Origin: Haliea sp. E1-2-M8
GTDB lineage: Bacteria > Pseudomonadota > Gammaproteobacteria > Pseudomonadales > Halieaceae
DNA: 24,000 nt
NCBI RefSeq assembly: GCF_030649675.1
Contig: NZ_JAUTDR010000012.1
Span: forward strand, 140,041 to 164,040
Reading direction: 5' to 3'
Both the position numbers and the translations under genes were made by a program. Every line of letters starts with the position of its first letter. Position 1 is the stretch's first letter. Below the pieces are notes generated by a model. That model was not told the origin of the DNA, made no database searches, and saw nothing but the letters and a program-made list of their open reading frames with translations. Positions 10,048-16,343 of this stretch are shown one piece after another.

Positions 10048-10287
10048 ATCCAGGGGTGCCAGTGCGACTCTTGCGGCCTCCAACACACCGGCATCAAACT
10101 CGTAGCCTCCTCGTGTCTTGAGCCAATCCAGAACTTCCGTGAGATGCGAGAGCGAAACACTGCCTTCGTGCACCGGTAAGGGAAATGTCGCGCGGTGGGC
10201 GAGCATGAGTTTGCGCATCGCCTGGCGGTAAATACACACGATGTCCGCCACGTCCGTCAGACCAACAAGATATTGGTCGCCACCCAT
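10003..10287 (-). CDS. Small putative DNA-binding protein (excisionase/MerR-superfamily wHTH, antitoxin-like)
   Basis: 94-aa ORF directly upstream of satD on the same strand. The pattern LVGLTDVADI...FPLPV...SLSHLTEVLDWLKTRGGY resembles small wHTH/antitoxin-type proteins. The start is uncertain (ATG 10287 or TTG 10269). The 3' end overlaps two operator-like palindromes. Confidence 0.4.
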   Translation of the reverse strand: MGGDQYLVGLTDVADIVCIYRQAMRKLMLAHRATFPLPVHEGSVSLSHLTEVLDWLKTRGGYEFDAGVLEAARVALAPLDLTISVENQKVNHYG

Positions 10288-10765
10288 GTCAGCCTCCCGC
10301 CATCCCCAGATCGGTAGCTACGGCACGCTACTGCTAAGCCTCGGCTTCGCCGCCGGGCTTACCGCGCTGCTGACTACTGTCATCACGCTCCGCGCCAGTC
10401 TTCCTGAACAGGCCCAATCAGCACCGCTGCCGGTCGCCACGCTCCTTTTTCAACAGGAGGATAGCTACCAGGAGACACTCCGCCTCACCGGCCTGCTGCA
10501 GGCGCGGGAACGGGCGCAGTTGGCGTTCGAGGTACCCGGCCTGCTGCTGTCGTTGGACGCGCGGGAAGGCGAACGCGTGGCCGCAAGGGCGGTGCTAGGG
10601 CAATTGGATACCCGGCAACTGGAAGCCCGGCGTGCGGCCGCGGCGGCGGATCTCGCCAGCGTGGAGGCGGATCTGGAATTGGCGCGTTTGCGCAGCGAGC
10701 GCAGTACGCAACTGCCACAACTGTTCCTGCTGCTGCGCCCAACCAAATGGGACCTGACCCTTTAA
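10286..10765 (+). pseudogene. Truncated N-terminal remnant of an RND/efflux periplasmic adaptor (membrane fusion protein, HlyD family)
   Basis: A signal-anchor (LLLSLGFAAGLTALL) is followed by an adaptor-like lipoyl/coiled-coil start (LRLTGLLQARERAQLAFEVPGLLLSLDAREGERV...LGQLDTRQLEARRAAAAADLASVEADLELARL). Only about 150 aa are present. The frame then runs into REP copy A and stops. Confidence 0.6.
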
Positions 10766-10818
10766 TTTTGGAGAAAGGGGGGGAAGAGAGAAAAGGGACC
10801 TGACCCTTTATTTTTGGA
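10749..10818. repeat. REP-like repeats A and B (direct tandem pair)
   Basis: 10749-10772 GGGACCTGACCCTTTAATTTTGGA and 10795-10818 GGGACCTGACCCTTTATTTTTGGA. Each can form a short AAAGGG/CCCTTT hairpin. Confidence 0.85.
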
Positions 10819-10836
10819 CACAGGGGGGAGGCAGAC

Positions 10837-11496
10837 GTGAGCAAATCCCGGCAGGAAACACCCCGGAACTACCATCACGGGGATCTTCGCAATGCATTGA
10901 TCATCGCGGCTGCAGAGTTGATTGAAGAAAGCGGAAGCACCGATTTCGCCATGATTGACGCCGCGCGCAGGGCAGGCGTCAGCAGCGCGGCTCCCTATCG
11001 CCATTTTCGGGACAAGTCTGCCATTCTGGAGGCGGTGGTCGAGTTCGCCTTCTTCGCCCTGGCCAGGGATATGGAGGCCGTCATTCCCCAAAACGCGCGG
11101 GACAGCATCGCGACCATCGTCGCCCTGGGCCAGGCCTACATCCGTTTTGTGACGGGACATCCCCAGTTCTACGCATTGATGTGGGGGGACCTCGGTGATC
11201 GGGAAGTCCGCCAGACCGACACCGAGCTTCGCAGCTCAGGTTTCTATATTTTGGTTGACGCGGTGCGCGCCTGGTGTGAGCAAAATGATCGCGGCGATGA
11301 GGATGCGCTTACGCTCGCAATCAAGCTCTGGGGCATGGCACATGGTCTGAGCGGAATTGCCATGCATGGGCACATCGAGCGATTTCTGCCGCAGGCGGAC
11401 GTTTATTCCCTGCTGGAAACCAGTACCTACACTTTCCTTGATGGCGTGCGCCAAGGACAAAATAAAGGGTCAGGTCCGTCCTTAAAACGGACCTGA
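10837..11496 (+). CDS. TetR/AcrR-family transcriptional regulator
   Basis: N-terminal HTH signature YHHGDLRNALIIAAAELIEESG...MIDAARRAGVSSAAPYRHFRDKSAIL. The GTG start has GGAGG at 10826-10830. The last ~11 codons and the stop lie inside the REP doublet C/D (..QNKGSGPSLKRT*). Confidence 0.85.
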   Translation: MSKSRQETPRNYHHGDLRNALIIAAAELIEESGSTDFAMIDAARRAGVSSAAPYRHFRDKSAILEAVVEFAFFALARDMEAVIPQNARDSIATIVALGQAYIRFVTGHPQFYALMWGDLGDREVRQTDTELRSSGFYILVDAVRAWCEQNDRGDEDALTLAIKLWGMAHGLSGIAMHGHIERFLPQADVYSLLETSTYTFLDGVRQGQNKGSGPSLKRT

Positions 11497-11508
11497 CCCT
11501 TTAAATTT
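11459..11508. repeat. REP doublet C/D (inverted pair, REPIN-like hairpin; likely bidirectional terminator)
   Basis: The 16-bp perfect stem pairs 11463-11478 (TAAAGGGTCAGGTCCG) with 11488-11503 (CGGACCTGACCCTTTA), leaving a 9-nt loop. A TTTT run follows on the minus strand after the RAYT stop. The element sits between the TetR end and the RAYT end. Confidence 0.8.
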
Positions 11509-11515
11509 CGTGAAG

Positions 11516-12202
11516 TCACCGCAGTTGCGGTCGCCCCGTCACCCGGGGGGCGACCTCCCTGCCAGCCAGTTTGCCGATACGTTCCAGGAACTCTTCGCTG
11601 CCAACGGCCCGGTTCTGGGCCGCGGCGCGGCGCAGTGCTTCCAGCACGGACTCCGGCAACTGCTGTGCCACAATGGTGCGATAACGTTGCCGCCGAGAAC
11701 CGGGTTTATCACCCAGCGCCAGATATTCCCTCCGCGGAACCACGAGCAACGATGAGCGCTCGCCCGCGTTCGTGTGCCACGATGACCAGAGCCAATCGCC
11801 CGGCTGAGCAACCATACCTGCACGTACAGGGTTAAATTCTATGTAGGACATGCAAGCAAAAAGATAGCGATCCGTGTCGACAATATTGGACTTGTAACGA
11901 CCGGCCCACAGTGCTCCCGTTCGTTCAAATCGGCGATTCACACGCTGAGCATAGTCACGGTTGAGATTTTGCATAAGCTTGCCGAGCCCGCCTTCCATTT
12001 CGGGAGTTACCAGCAAGTGGACGTGGTTGGTCATCAGGCACCAGGCGTGCACCGACACCCGGTAAATCCCGGCGTAATGCCTGAGCAGGCTGAGATACGC
12101 GAGGCGGCAGTCCGCATCAAAAAACACCGTCGCTCGATTGACGCCCCGCTGCACAACATGGTGCGGGTATCCGGGCAGCTCCAGACGAGGTTGACGTGGC
12201 AT
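11516..12202 (-). CDS. REP-associated tyrosine transposase (RAYT; IS200/IS605 Y1 transposase-like)
   Basis: MPRQPRLELPGYPHHVVQRGVNR..VFF...YL.LL......VHAWCLMTNHVHLLVTP ... RYKS..V..D.YL....YIEFNPVRAG is typical of the TnpA_REP/RAYT family. The ATG at 12202 is preferred because the longer ORF start (12313) lies inside the loop of REP doublet E/F. Confidence 0.8.
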   Translation of the reverse strand: MPRQPRLELPGYPHHVVQRGVNRATVFFDADCRLAYLSLLRHYAGIYRVSVHAWCLMTNHVHLLVTPEMEGGLGKLMQNLNRDYAQRVNRRFERTGALWAGRYKSNIVDTDRYLFACMSYIEFNPVRAGMVAQPGDWLWSSWHTNAGERSSLLVVPRREYLALGDKPGSRRQRYRTIVAQQLPESVLEALRRAAAQNRAVGSEEFLERIGKLAGREVAPRVTGRPQLR

Positions 12203-12292
12203 GGCGAATTCCGAAGTGAGCCTATGGAGCGCCAGTATTGCCTCTGCTCCAAAGCCGGATAAAGCGTCTGGCCAGATTGGGTGAAAAATAAA

Positions 12293-12333
12293 GGGACCTG
12301 CCCCTTTTTCCAAAAAATAAAGGGTCAGGTCCG
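12293..12333. repeat. REP doublet E/F (inverted pair; probable rho-independent terminator of ampG on the minus strand)
   Basis: 12294-12307 GGACCTGCCCCTTT pairs with 12319-12332 AAAGGGTCAGGTCC (14 bp, 1 mismatch, 11-nt loop). On the minus strand the stem is followed by CTTTATTTTTCAC. The element starts 4 nt after the ampG stop. Confidence 0.75.
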
Positions 12334-12336
12334 TTT

Positions 12337-13680
12337 TTACCCAGGCCGCGCCACCCGCAACAGCACAAATGCCAGGATGATCGCCGGCAACCCGGTGGCG
12401 GCGGTAATGAAAAAGAACGGCACCCAGCCCACCATTTCCGCCAATACCCCGGTAAAGCCTGCCAGTAATTGCCCGGGCAGGGTCATCAGGGAACTGAACA
12501 GCGCGTACTGGGTAGCGGTGTAGGCGGTATTGGTGAGGCTGGACAGATAGGCAATGAACACCGAGATCGCCAGCCCGCCGGAGACATTGTCGGCAATGAT
12601 CGCCAGCACCAGGCCATAGGTTTCCGGGCCGATAAACGCCAGCCAGGCAAACGCCAGATTGGTGGCCGGCGCCATGAAGGCGGTCAGCAGAAGGATCCGG
12701 GCAATGCCGTAGCGGGCCACGAGCAGCCCGCCCACCACCGCGCCCAGCAGGGTCATGCCCAGGCCAAAGGCGGCGGCGATATTGGCGATCTGCGCCTTGC
12801 TGAAGCCCAGGTCCAGGTAGAAGGGATTGGCCATGACCCCCATGAAAATATCGGTGAGGCGGAAGGTGCCGATAAAGGCCAGAATCAGCAGGGACACGCG
12901 GCCGTAGCGCTGGAAGAACTCCGCAAACGGGCAGACCACCGCGCCAATCAACCAGGCCTGCATCTCACGGCGCCAGCCGCGATGGTCCGTGCTCGCCAGA
13001 TAGTCGGTCACCCGTTGTTCGAACTGTACCGTGGTCTGGCTGACGGTGATCGCGGGCTCGGCGATGACCAGGGTGGTGACGATGCCCACCGCCATCAGCA
13101 GCCCCATTACCGCGTAGGCCACCGACCAACTGTCGAGGTTGGCCAGGTGCAGGGCCCCCGCCCCCGCCGCCAGGATCGCCACCCGGTAGCCGGTGACATA
13201 GGTGGCTGCCATCGCCCCCTGGCGGTGCTTCGCCTCTGCTTCCACCCGGTAGGCGTCGATGGCGACGTCCTGGCTGGCGGAGCCGAAGGCCGCCAGCACC
13301 GCCCACAGCGCTACCAGCCCCAGCTGTTCTCGCGGGTCGGTGAAGGCCATGCCCAGCAGGGCCGTGGCAATGACCAACTGCGCCAGCAGCATCCAGGCCC
13401 GCCGCCGCCCCAGCAGACGGCTGAGCAGGGGCAACTGGGCGCGGTCGATCAGCGGCGCCCACAGCACCTTGATGGAATGGGCCATGCCGACCCAGCTGAG
13501 AAAGCCGATCGCCGCGAGCTCTACCCCGAGGTCCCGCAGCCAGGCACTGAAGGTGCCCCCCACCAGCAGCAGCGGCAAGCCGGCGGAAAAGCCGAGGAAC
13601 AGCATGCCGATGACCCGCGGGTTCAGGTAGACGCGCAGACCCTCTGCGGCGGGTACGGGAAGGGGCTCACGGTCATTCAT
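12337..13680 (-). CDS. ampG: AmpG-family muropeptide permease (MFS)
   Basis: 447 aa with a 12+ TM profile. The N-terminus YLNPRVIGMLFLGFSAGLPLLLVGGTFSAWLRDLGV...IGFLSWVGMAHSIKVLWAPLIDR...LGRRRAWMLL is characteristic of AmpG. Confidence 0.8.
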   Translation of the reverse strand: MNDREPLPVPAAEGLRVYLNPRVIGMLFLGFSAGLPLLLVGGTFSAWLRDLGVELAAIGFLSWVGMAHSIKVLWAPLIDRAQLPLLSRLLGRRRAWMLLAQLVIATALLGMAFTDPREQLGLVALWAVLAAFGSASQDVAIDAYRVEAEAKHRQGAMAATYVTGYRVAILAAGAGALHLANLDSWSVAYAVMGLLMAVGIVTTLVIAEPAITVSQTTVQFEQRVTDYLASTDHRGWRREMQAWLIGAVVCPFAEFFQRYGRVSLLILAFIGTFRLTDIFMGVMANPFYLDLGFSKAQIANIAAAFGLGMTLLGAVVGGLLVARYGIARILLLTAFMAPATNLAFAWLAFIGPETYGLVLAIIADNVSGGLAISVFIAYLSSLTNTAYTATQYALFSSLMTLPGQLLAGFTGVLAEMVGWVPFFFITAATGLPAIILAFVLLRVARPG

Positions 13681-13850
13681 GGATCTAACTTTCCGGGCTG
13701 GCGGCGGCGCGGTCCATCATAGCGGCTGCAAAGTCGGGTGCAAGCATTGTGCGCGCCCTGTGCCCTGCCGTCTGTTAACGCACAGAACCTGCGCCGAAAC
13801 CGTGAAAAACTTGAACTCAAAGCACTTCGACAGGAATGTGCTAGTAGCGA

Positions 13851-13866
13851 GCATTCAACTGAATGC
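13851..13866. promoter_or_regulatory. Perfect palindrome GCATTCA-AC-TGAATGC just upstream of the RBS of the 13880 operon (operator or 5'-UTR hairpin candidate)
   Basis: Read directly. It ends 1 nt before GAGGAG (13868-13873) and 13 nt before the ATG at 13880. Function is unknown. Confidence 0.25.
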
Positions 13867-13879
13867 CGAGGAGTGTGTA

Positions 13880-14458
13880 ATGACACCATCTTACCCAGAC
13901 CCCAATCGCGGCGACGGGGGCAGTACGCCAGACGACCCCAAGAGCGGGACCGCGCAAGAGAAAATTGAAGCAGACGCCCGGGACGCGAAACGCGAAGCGG
14001 GTGCCAAAGCGCGCGAGCAGGCAGAAACCGGCCAGCACAAGCTCGCGGAAGGTGCGGACGCCCTGTCGGATGCCATTGATGCAGCCGCCTCAAACCTCGA
14101 CGATCACGACCGCGAGGGGCTGGCCCGCTACGCGCGCGAGTTGAGCAGCAATCTGGCGAACGCGGCGGGACAGCTGGAAGACCGCAGCGTCGATGACCTG
14201 GCGAAGGATGCCAAGCGTCTGGCGCGGGACAATCCGGCGCTGTTCATGCTTGGCAGTATCGCAGTCGGTTTTGGTCTGTCGCGGTTTTTCAAGGCGAGCG
14301 CGGAGCGCGACCACCACGACGATAGCAACGCCCCGCGTAACGCTGGAACGTCCCGGAATGAGGACTTCTCGACCCGCACGCCAGTGCAACCACGTATGAC
14401 GGAAACCTACAGAACACCGACTGCCCCAGGCAGTGGTGACGGGAGGGAAATCCTATGA
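13880..14458 (+). CDS. Charged, membrane-anchored stress-type protein (ElaB/YqjD-like architecture; family uncertain)
   Basis: The ATG at 13880 has GAGGAG 6 nt upstream. Upstream codons of ORF 13679.. overlap the ampG start and look non-coding. The protein has a long acidic/basic helical region, then the anchor NPALFMLGSIAVGFGLSRFF, then a polar tail. Confidence 0.6.
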   Translation: MTPSYPDPNRGDGGSTPDDPKSGTAQEKIEADARDAKREAGAKAREQAETGQHKLAEGADALSDAIDAAASNLDDHDREGLARYARELSSNLANAAGQLEDRSVDDLAKDAKRLARDNPALFMLGSIAVGFGLSRFFKASAERDHHDDSNAPRNAGTSRNEDFSTRTPVQPRMTETYRTPTAPGSGDGREIL

Positions 14459-14883
14459 ACCAGGAACATGAAACCGCGCCGAATGTACCGGCGAGCCGCG
14501 AACACGGCAATGAATCGATCGCCGACCTGATTCGTGATCTCGCCACGGACCTGTCCAGCCTGCTGGGCAAGGAGATCCAGCTGGCGAAAGCCGAGGTCGG
14601 GGAGTCTGTCTCGGAAGCCAAAACCGCAGTCGGCGCGCTTGCAACGGGCGCGGCCATCGCCATGGCGGGGCTCGTTGTACTGCTCATGAGCGCGGTGTAC
14701 GGACTCAGCAACGTCGTTGAGCCGTGGCTGGCAGCGCTGATTGTCGGCGCGGCCGCGCTGCTGATTGGCTACGTGATGGTCCATTCGGCCAAGGGCAAGA
14801 TGAGCGCGAGCTCAATGGTGCCGGATCGCACGCTGGATTCCGCGAAGAAGGACCAAGAGACACTGAAGAGGGCTGCCCGATGA
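14455..14883 (+). CDS. Holin-X / 'phage holin family' (holin superfamily III-like) two-TM membrane protein
   Basis: SIADLIRDLATDLSSLLGKEIQLAKAEV... is followed by two TM helices, then KGKM...KKDQETLK. This matches the Holin-X family pattern. There are ATGA overlaps with both neighbouring genes. Confidence 0.7.
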   Translation: MNQEHETAPNVPASREHGNESIADLIRDLATDLSSLLGKEIQLAKAEVGESVSEAKTAVGALATGAAIAMAGLVVLLMSAVYGLSNVVEPWLAALIVGAAALLIGYVMVHSAKGKMSASSMVPDRTLDSAKKDQETLKRAAR

Positions 14884-15569
14884 GCAACGCTACCGATACC
14901 AGCGGCGATGACACTCGCCACGACAAGCAACACGACGAAACGAAAAGCCCGGAACGGCTGGAACGCGAAGTGGACCAGGCGCGCGCCCGCCTCGGCAGGA
15001 CCGCGAGCGAGCTCTCGGATCGGCTTTCGCCCGGTGAACTCATGGACCAGGCGCTGGGCATGGCCCGCGAGCACGGCGGGGAGTTCGGCCGCAACCTGGG
15101 CGCCCAGGTGAAAAACAACCCGATACCGATGATTCTCACCAGCGTTGGCATCTCCTGGATGATGATGTCGTCCGGCAACAACGGCACGGCGCAGACCCAT
15201 CGCACGCACGATACCGGCACAGGCAGCGAGGGGCACGGTTTCAAGGACGCGCTTGGCAACACCGCCGCGAAATCGCGGGACGCGGCCTCCGCCGTGGGCG
15301 ACCGCGTGCACGGTGCCACCGCGCATGCCAGCGAGTCAGCGCAGAACGCCCGGGACAGCCTGGTGAAGTTCTATCGCGACCAACCGCTGCTCGCGGGAAG
15401 CCTTGGCATCGCCATCGGCGCCGCCCTCGGTGCGCTGGTGCCACCAACGGAGATGGAGGACAACATGCTCGGCGAAGCGAGAGATCGCAGCGTCGAGGCC
15501 GCGAAGTCCGAAGCCGTAAACAAGTACGACGAGGTGCGGGAGTCGGCGCGGTCGAAATCAACGACCTAA
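14880..15569 (+). CDS. DUF3618-domain protein
   Basis: SPERLEREVDQARARLGRTASELSDRLSPGELMDQA is a DUF3618-like N-terminus. There are internal hydrophobic segments (NPIPMILTSVGISWMMM; LLAGSLGIAIGAALGALV). The ATG at 14880 overlaps the upstream TGA. Confidence 0.65.
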   Translation: MSNATDTSGDDTRHDKQHDETKSPERLEREVDQARARLGRTASELSDRLSPGELMDQALGMAREHGGEFGRNLGAQVKNNPIPMILTSVGISWMMMSSGNNGTAQTHRTHDTGTGSEGHGFKDALGNTAAKSRDAASAVGDRVHGATAHASESAQNARDSLVKFYRDQPLLAGSLGIAIGAALGALVPPTEMEDNMLGEARDRSVEAAKSEAVNKYDEVRESARSKSTT

Positions 15570-15717
15570 GCGAGTTGGGGCAGCATGCAGCAATACTGCA
15601 TGCGGGCTCGTCTCCAGCCTGCGCTTGATTTGCCGCGGGACTTGAGCACGCGCCTGACGTATTCTTCTGGTGACCGCCGGGGAGCCCGGCTCCCACATTC
15701 TGTCACTGGAGAATACT

Positions 15718-16038
15718 GTGAGCTCTTCCTACAATTCGGACGCGCCGGCCCGCCACGACATTGATGCGCTGGCCGGCGTCACGCTGCTGGAATTCGGTAC
15801 TGACTGGTGCGGACATTGCCGGATGGCGCAGCCCATTATCGCCGCAGCAATCGCAAAACAGTCTGAGCTACGCCATCTCAAGGTCGAAGACGGCAAGGGC
15901 CGACCCCTGGGCCGCTCATTCGGCGTCAAGCTGTGGCCCACCCTTATATGCCTGCGCGACGGCCAAGAGGTCGGCCGGCTGGTGCGCCCTGCCAGCGGGG
16001 CGGCGGTGCAGGAGCTCTTGGCCAGGGCAGGTAAATAG
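15718..16038 (+). CDS. Thioredoxin-fold protein with CGHC active site
   Basis: LLEFGTDWCGHCRMAQP ... KLWPTLICLRDGQEVGRLV matches the thioredoxin fold, including a cis-Pro region. The GTG at 15718 has GGAG 6 nt upstream and is preferred over the GTG at 15670. Confidence 0.7.
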   Translation: MSSSYNSDAPARHDIDALAGVTLLEFGTDWCGHCRMAQPIIAAAIAKQSELRHLKVEDGKGRPLGRSFGVKLWPTLICLRDGQEVGRLVRPASGAAVQELLARAGK

Positions 16039-16343
16039 CGGATTTGATGATTGCCCCGTGGCACCGGTGTACTGGAAAACCTGTCACCCGGGTGAGAGCC
16101 GAAACTCAGCCAATACCGGACGTTTGCCACCAATCGTAGCATTTGCACGGCATGTCCAGCTACTACTCGCTTGATTCCGGAACCCTAACCGCCCAAAACC
16201 TTGCTCCCGGCAGCCGTTGACACTCGAAAGTCTGGATTTGTGCTATTTTTTATTGTGGCGGCTACAAACCGAAAGGCGTCGGTTTCATGTAACACGCTGC
16301 AAGCGACCTGCAAGACTGTGTCAGCCTGTGAAAGCTGAATCTT

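Noticed and set aside
12203-12313. N-terminal 37-codon extension of the RAYT ORF (start at 12313)
   Set aside because: The extension begins inside the loop of REP doublet E/F and translates repeat DNA (MEKGAGPFIF..). RAYT homology begins at MPRQPRLELPGYPHH, at the ATG at 12202.
13679-13879. Upstream 67 codons of ORF 13679..14458. Similar 5' extensions are 3327..3413, 6178..6282, 9348..9389 and 21649..21699.
   Set aside because: Each extension overlaps a neighbouring gene or an intergenic or att region and lacks an RBS. An internal start with a good Shine-Dalgarno sequence exists at the point where family-like sequence begins.
15583-15603. 8-bp hairpin GCATGCAG-caata-CTGCATGC after the DUF3618 gene, considered as a terminator
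   Set aside because: No U-tract follows it (the next bases are gggctcgtctcc) and the stem is short. It may be structural, but it is not a convincing intrinsic terminator.
16173-16186. gattccggaaccct, weakly resembling the tRNA T-arm segment ggattcgaaccct; considered as a possible second att or degenerate tRNA remnant at the GC break
   Set aside because: The match needs a 2-nt indel. It does not extend into the acceptor or variable regions, and no CCA end or stem complementarity is present. It is indistinguishable from chance by eye.
16217-16249. Perfect TTGACA (16217-16222) upstream of the kinase gene, considered as a sigma70 promoter
   Set aside because: At 17-18 bp spacing the -10 candidates (GTGCTA/TGCTAT) are poor. 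The better TGcTATTTT extended -10 lies 21 bp away, which is too far. It is not reliable enough to annotate.
16266-16285. Hairpin AAACCGA-aaggcg-TCGGTTT in the kinase 5' region
   Set aside because: The 7-bp stem has no T-run and no recognisable riboswitch or attenuator context. I noted it but could assign no function.
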